Below, in pieces: positions 60,323-64,000 of a DNA stretch of 64,000 nt. Made by a program: the position numbers and the translations under genes. Where the stretch lies: the NCBI GenBank assembly GCA_000004985.1, contig GG738923.1. One strand, written 5' to 3'. The notes beneath the pieces are model-generated. The model was not told where the DNA came from. It did no database searches and saw only the letters and a program-made list of their open reading frames with translations. Within the stretch, counting starts at the first letter, position 1. Each line of letters starts with the position of its first letter. This DNA comes from Naegleria gruberi (Eukaryota).

Positions 60323-60587
60323 TTTTTTTGGTGAATTATTGCAATGTTTAATTGGAAGCCAATTCACTCCTGATGATTGGAAAGCTGAGTTGAACAATTC
60401 TACATGGCAATTAACATAAACTGCCAATTAAATACTTAATTAATAAAATTGAATTAAATATGTACTTAAAGTGGAAACCATTACACAGGTATTGGATGCT
60501 GCAAGAAGAAAGGGTTTTTCCACATGAAATAGAGTGTTTCATTAGTATTCATAATTAAAGACATGATTGCAATATTCACATAACAAA

Positions 60588-61769
60588 TCATTCAAACTGA
60601 AAATAGCAATCAGTGAGTATTGATTGATTTCTAAGATAAGTAGCTAACTTGGGATAAATGACTGCTGAAAATGTTTTGTAAAAAACAACTGTACTTGAAT
60701 GTGCAGTAATTTGATAATTGTTTCCAGGAATTCCATCAAATTCTTTTGAAGCATCCACCACAAATCTCATATTATGACTATTGCTTATCGCATAAAATAA
60801 GCCATTGAATTCAATAAAGAATATATCCTTAATATATCTAATCTTTGCATTGTCTGAATTGGATTCAGAAAATTTTGGATAACAGCTCAAAAACTGTTTC
60901 AAATTCTTATATTCCAGCATTGCACTTCCATATAACATGTAATTCTCATAAGTTGGAGTAGTGTTTGCAAATCTCACTACCGAGCAATCGTATCCTCCAA
61001 AAGCTTCAGAAATTTTCATTTCATAATCCACAGAAAAATGTGCGGTACCTTCAGTATGTGGCATCTGATTACTTCCATTATCTCCACAAAACATTACAGT
61101 ATCATCTTCAAATATTACAAAAAATTGAAAGCTTCCACATTCAATTTTCTTAATTTTCTTTTCACAACAAAACTGGCTTACATGCCAACCCATTACCGTG
61201 TGAACAGAATGCACCCAATCCTGACCTGAAATTCTAATATCACAGTAATCCAAAACGATTATTGTAAAGGAATAACATGATGCAATATGTGTAATTTGAT
61301 GTCTGTATCCATTTACGGTCGGAGGAGTGTAAAGGAGAGTAAATTTCTCCGTACCATCCTCATTCATACAATGACGATTACCTCCAAAACAATCATAGGC
61401 CGTACTGCCACTTCCATAGAGAAATGTATTATTCATCTCATCACGAACCAAATAAAGTGTTGATCCCTCCGAAAATGTCGAAACATCTTCAATCAATAAT
61501 TTTCCATTTGTTGTAGTGTCGAGAAGATAAGGAACTTGAATTGGTATGTTACTACTGCTGCTACTACTATCAAAACCATCTTTAAAAATATAAACCTGAC
61601 CACTCTCCGATAGGACATGTACACTTGTCTGATTGATTACAACTTTTTTAATTCTCTCAAAATTGGGAATGTTAATGGTTTTGCAAGTGTTCGTATTTAC
61701 AATATGAAAGGGTTCTTGGTGATTGGTTGATGATCTATCGTTGGCGTGATCGTGGTAGATTTTGAGCAT
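60588..61769 (-). CDS. Intronless 393-aa protein with divergent RCC1-like (regulator of chromosome condensation-type) beta-propeller repeats (hypothetical)
   Basis: A 1182-nt uninterrupted ORF starts at a true ATG (revcomp of cat 61767-61769) preceded by 11 consecutive A's on the coding strand, and ends at TGA (60590-60588). The translation shows tandem blades of roughly 50-60 aa, such as TSVHVLSESGQVYIFKDG, STLYLVRDEMNNTFLYGSGSTAYDCFGGN, ITHIASCYSFTIIVLD..IRISGQD and KKIECGSFQFFVIFEDDTVMFCGDNGSNQ. These fit the RCC1 pattern [I/V]xxGxxH[ST]xxL(x)DGxVYxWGxNxxGQLG only loosely, and several consensus H/G positions are missing. The shadow ORFs on the + strand (60965..61153, 61038..61229) are embedded and discounted. 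Confidence 0.7.
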   Translation of the reverse strand: MLKIYHDHANDRSSTNHQEPFHIVNTNTCKTINIPNFERIKKVVINQTSVHVLSESGQVYIFKDGFDSSSSSSNIPIQVPYLLDTTTNGKLLIEDVSTFSEGSTLYLVRDEMNNTFLYGSGSTAYDCFGGNRHCMNEDGTEKFTLLYTPPTVNGYRHQITHIASCYSFTIIVLDYCDIRISGQDWVHSVHTVMGWHVSQFCCEKKIKKIECGSFQFFVIFEDDTVMFCGDNGSNQMPHTEGTAHFSVDYEMKISEAFGGYDCSVVRFANTTPTYENYMLYGSAMLEYKNLKQFLSCYPKFSESNSDNAKIRYIKDIFFIEFNGLFYAISNSHNMRFVVDASKEFDGIPGNNYQITAHSSTVVFYKTFSAVIYPKLATYLRNQSILTDCYFQFE

Positions 61770-62125
61770 TTTTTTTTTTTGATAATTTTTGTTTTTGAGT
61801 TGACTGTGAACTTGATTACAAAAATCTCAATTTCTTAAAGGAACAATATTATGTATTTCATAATAAGAATATCAAAGCTCATAAGATTCTCCATAATTGT
61901 CAAAAAAATAACTGACAAATAAAGAAATACTATCAACACTTGATAAATTCATTAAAGTGAGGAAGATAAGCGTCGCTGTCTAGGGACCCTTAAACAAATG
62001 GGGTTTTGATATTCTCATGCTAATTGTAGACTCTACCAAATCAAGTAATTTGATATTTTATAAATTTCCTTTTAAAGCAATTCTACAAATTCTCCAAAAT
62101 CAAAAACAACAACTCTCAAAAAAAA
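61770..62125. promoter_or_regulatory. Divergent (bidirectional) intergenic promoter region between the - strand 393-aa gene and the + strand 62126 gene
   Basis: A 356-bp AT-rich spacer is flanked by two outward-facing ATG starts. It contains an 11-nt T/A homopolymer abutting the 61769 start, an A-run directly before the 62126 ATG, a GC-rich island at 61961-61990 (ggaagataagcgtcgctgtctagggaccct) with a GATA-type motif AGATAAG, and copy 2 of the 26-bp repeat. Confidence 0.45.
62023..62048. repeat. Copy 2 of the 26-bp repeat ATTGtAGACTCTACCAAATcAAGTAA (intergenic, about 78 bp upstream of the 62126 ATG)
   Basis: It matches 59754-59779 at 24 of 26 positions. In copy 2 the same RLYQIK* frame is closed by a TGA only 12 codons upstream, so here it is not the end of an intact CDS. 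Confidence 0.6.
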
Positions 62126-62375
62126 ATGTTAAAAGATAAATGCATTGAAGTGATGGAACAAGTGTATGGTAAATTCAGTGGAGCACACTACAAACCCAAA
62201 CCATTGAAATCTGCAACACAAACTCGATACTTGTGGACTGATGCGTTTGCAGTTTGCAATTTCCTTTCGTTGCATGTGGAAAGTGGTCAAGATTCGTATT
62301 TGGAACAAGCTAAGGCACTTATTGAAGAGGTGCATCAAGTTCTTGGAAAGGATCGTTCATTGCAACATTATTTGG
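62126..62375 (+). CDS. Exon 1 of a hypothetical protein gene (MLKDKCIEVMEQVYGKF...DRSLQHYLG), donor G|GTAAGC
   Basis: ATG at 62126-62128 is preceded by CTCAAAAAAAA. The ORF has coding-like composition. A canonical GTAAG 5' splice site begins at 62376 and leaves a phase-1 exon end. The unspliced alternative is the 147-aa ORF 62126..62569 from the track. 'RYLWTDAFAV' faintly recalls the W-T-R-D-S-A region of (alpha/alpha)6-barrel glycoside hydrolases, but this is weak and unverified. Confidence 0.45.
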
Positions 62376-63201
62376 GTAAGCACATGCAGTTTCTAATAAC
62401 TAATCTAATAAATCGACGAAAGGAAAATCCAATGCTGAACATCCCCTATTGGGAGGTTTACGAATTGGCAAGGAAGCCGATGAAGATGACGAAGATGGCG
62501 ATGGTCAATGTTATAGGCGAAAAAAAACTGCCTGACAAACCATGCAAAAAAAACTGTTCGCATAATTGAGCTATGCGAAAAATATCTTTGGATATACCGA
62601 TCCTTAGTTATAATCAATCAACAAGAACTTGGAAAAATATTTCAAAAATATTGACAACAAGTAAGTCCATCACGACTCTGTTGATTCTTGGAGTAGTTTC
62701 ACATCTATTAACTCCAAGAATTTCACCACATCATCTCATCATCATTTAAATAGTAGTATTAATAGTAATTTTTGGAATTTAATTGTTCATCATGATTTGG
62801 AAATAATTTTATTATTTGGAAAAATTCAAGTTGGTACATCATCATCGGAACAACTACCAACCATCATCATTGTTATTTATCATCATTATAATAGTAATAT
62901 TTGTGGAAATAAATCTGATAATAATAATATTTTAGTGAAATTCAATATTTTCACTAAAATCATCATCACTGCCCGATTTATATGATAATTTGGAAAACTT
63001 TCAATCTAGTATTGTTCAGCATAGTCGATTCCATCAGGTAAAATTACTTCCGAATATTTTCCTATTGGTTATCATGATGATAGGTTCATGTATATTTTCA
63101 ACATGTACATATACCATATCTCAACATGTACTTCACCAACTTGAAAAATGTCTTTCGTCACTACTATTCAAATACATAATAAACAATATATTTATTATCA
63201 G
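62376..63201 (+). other. Putative intron (GTAAGC...TTATCAG), 826 nt
   Basis: The GTAAG donor at 62376 and the acceptor tttattatcag| at 63200-63201 are phase-compatible (phase 1). The interior is AT-rich with CAT/ATC microsatellite-like tracts, a 12-bp hairpin and only short low-complexity ORFs (62797..62985, 62990..63310). However, 62404-62535 has coding-like composition, and there are additional candidate splice sites, so the true structure may include an extra exon. Confidence 0.35.
62929..62960. repeat. Perfect inverted repeat / hairpin (12-bp stem ATTTTAGTGAAA / TTTCACTAAAAT, 8-nt loop TTCAATAT)
   Basis: Read directly: 62929-62940 attttagtgaaa, loop 62941-62948, 62949-62960 tttcactaaaat. 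The right arm is the exact reverse complement of the left arm. Confidence 0.6.
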
Positions 63202-63932
63202 ATTTTTATCATTTTGTGTTTTTGCCAACTTCGATTCATGCCTATCTCACCAAATGGATGTTTGCCCTCAACAGAACGTCACTAATCACTCGAGATGTCA
63301 AATACAATGAATGGGCAATTGAAATGGCCCAATCCATGCATAACAAGTTTATCAATCATAGTTCTTCACGTGGATTGAGGATGTTCTGGAAGATTTCTAT
63401 TGATGGTTCGAGACCAGTTGTGAGATCTGAAGGAAATTTGGATCCTTATGATGGTTATGTTACTTATAGACTTTTACAATTGGTCAACCAGCAATTAAAA
63501 GAAGGAAAGAATGTGGATGGAAGTGTTTTGAATAGAGAAATTGAAGAAATGAAGGGAATGGTGATGGGAAAGTATTTAATGTATCAGAGTTCAGATCCTC
63601 TGGATTTGGGAGAAACTCTTTGGTTGACCAGTTGGTTTCCTGATGAAGATTGGGCGAATCATATGAGAAAAGTTGCCATTTCTAATATAGAAGAGATATT
63701 CGAAAGCACGATTAAGAGTACAAGAAGAAGATTAGGTTTCAGAGACTTTGGTGTTTCGATTGGATTGCAAACTATTCCAGAAAATGAACAAGATGGAGAA
63801 ACTAGACGAATTGTTGAGAATATTCACTCCCTATGGAAAGATCATCTATTCGAAAGAGATCATGACATAACTCCGGTCATGTACTGTTCATCTCTTTTAC
63901 CTGGCGTCTTCAATCCCAACTTTCTTTATTAG
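63202..63932 (+). CDS. Exon 2 (terminal) of the same hypothetical protein gene (...DFYHFVFLPTSIHAYLTKWMFALNRT...VFNPNFLY*)
   Basis: The track ORF 63216..63932 starts at GTG, not ATG. The frame is open back to a TAA at 63177-63179. The first in-frame ATG (63258) lacks the A-run context of the other three starts. The phase-1 acceptor CAG at 63201 joins it in frame to exon 1. The stop is TAG 63930-63932, followed at once by AATAAATAAA. If the ORF is independent instead, its CDS would be 63258..63932. Confidence 0.5.
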
Positions 63933-63934
63933 AA

Positions 63935-63944
63935 AATAAATAAA
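63935..63944 (+). promoter_or_regulatory. Tandem AATAAA polyadenylation signals downstream of the 63932 stop
   Basis: The sequence tagAAAATAAATAAAttttta contains AATAAA at 63935-63940 and again at 63939-63944, two to twelve nt after the stop codon. Confidence 0.45.
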
Positions 63945-64000
63945 TTTTTAAACAACCATCAATTATTAAACAATATATTATTGTAAAAATTACAAATGCA

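Noticed and set aside
60195-60419. 74-aa + strand ORF (MAHLLICSKCESKV...), with a plus-strand AATAAA at 60442-60447 just downstream
   Set aside because: It is entirely antisense to the longer, better-supported - strand ORF 59852..60322 and has no A-run start context. I treat it as a shadow ORF. The AATAAA is more likely a chance hexamer in AT-rich spacer.
60323-60427. N-terminal extension of the - strand ORF to 60427 (191 aa, as in the track)
   Set aside because: The track's 'start' is a TTG (revcomp of caa at 60425-60427) right after an in-frame TAA, not an ATG. The first true ATG is at 60322 and carries the A-run context shared with the other genes. The alternative, a spliced upstream exon, cannot be excluded but has only 160 bp of room.
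60965-61229. Small + strand ORFs 60965..61153 and 61038..61229
   Set aside because: They are embedded antisense within the 393-aa - strand gene and are classic shadow ORFs.
61961-62048. Possible tRNA or other small RNA gene in the GC-rich island and repeat region (revcomp contains TTGGTAGAGTCTAC, reminiscent of a D-arm)
   Set aside because: No cloverleaf can be built. There is no T-arm GTTCRANYC, no acceptor-stem complement and no plausible anticodon stem. The resemblance is limited to 'GGTAGAG'.
62129-62617. - strand ORFs 62129..62338 and 62405..62617
   Set aside because: They are antisense to the + strand exon 1 and its readthrough region. They are shorter and show no start context or signals.
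63216-63257. Track start of ORF 63216..63932 (M at 63216)
   Set aside because: The codon at 63216-63218 is GTG. The ORF finder reports alternative starts as M. The open frame upstream of the first ATG is better explained as the 5' part of an internal exon starting at the CAG acceptor (63202).
62797-63310. ORFs 62797..62985 (62 aa) and 62990..63310 (106 aa) on the + strand
   Set aside because: Their translations are low-complexity I/N/K/F-rich strings from AT-rich sequence, they overlap each other in different frames, and they lack the A-run start context. This is consistent with intron or non-coding sequence.
63411-63423. GGTTCGAGACC T-arm-like motif
   Set aside because: It lies inside the well-supported coding exon and has no upstream D-arm or acceptor stem. 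It is a chance match.
59620-64000. Prokaryotic-style novel system (defence island, CRISPR, toxin-antitoxin, operon)
   Set aside because: The resolved sequence is eukaryotic in every respect: spliceosomal donor and acceptor, AATAAA signals, monocistronic divergent and convergent genes, and A-run start contexts. It contains no direct-repeat/spacer array, no operon-like co-directional overlapping ORFs and no recognisable nuclease, ATPase or integrase.

Overview
Only about 4.4 kb of this 64 kb window is real sequence (59620..64000). Positions 1..59619 are a single unresolved N run, so there is very little to judge. The resolved part is AT-rich eukaryotic nuclear DNA from a compact, gene-dense locus. 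It has TAA/TAG/TGA stops, AATAAA-type signals right after stop codons, a GTAAG donor, and runs of 7-11 A's directly before three separate ATG start codons. I see four protein-coding units. The first is the last 52 codons of a + strand gene that runs out of the gap. The second is a small - strand ORF for a protein with two predicted TM helices. The third is an intronless 393-aa - strand gene whose product looks like a divergent RCC1-like beta-propeller repeat protein. The fourth is a + strand gene that I model as two exons (62126..62375 and 63202..63932) joined across a roughly 0.8 kb intron, but an unspliced 147-aa reading and models with a 47-nt intron or an extra exon cannot be excluded from sequence alone. 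The ORF track uses GTG/TTG as starts, so several of its 'M' starts are artefacts. Beyond the genes, three things are worth a second look: a 26-bp near-identical repeat (24/26) that forms the C-terminal codons plus stop of the upstream gene and recurs in the divergent promoter of the downstream gene; a perfect 12-bp-stem hairpin and CAT/ATC microsatellite-like tracts inside the putative intron; and a short GC-rich island with a GATA-type motif in the bidirectional promoter. I see no prokaryotic defence system, CRISPR array, tRNA/rRNA or recognisable transposon in the resolved sequence. Any claim of a novel 'system' here would be unsupported.
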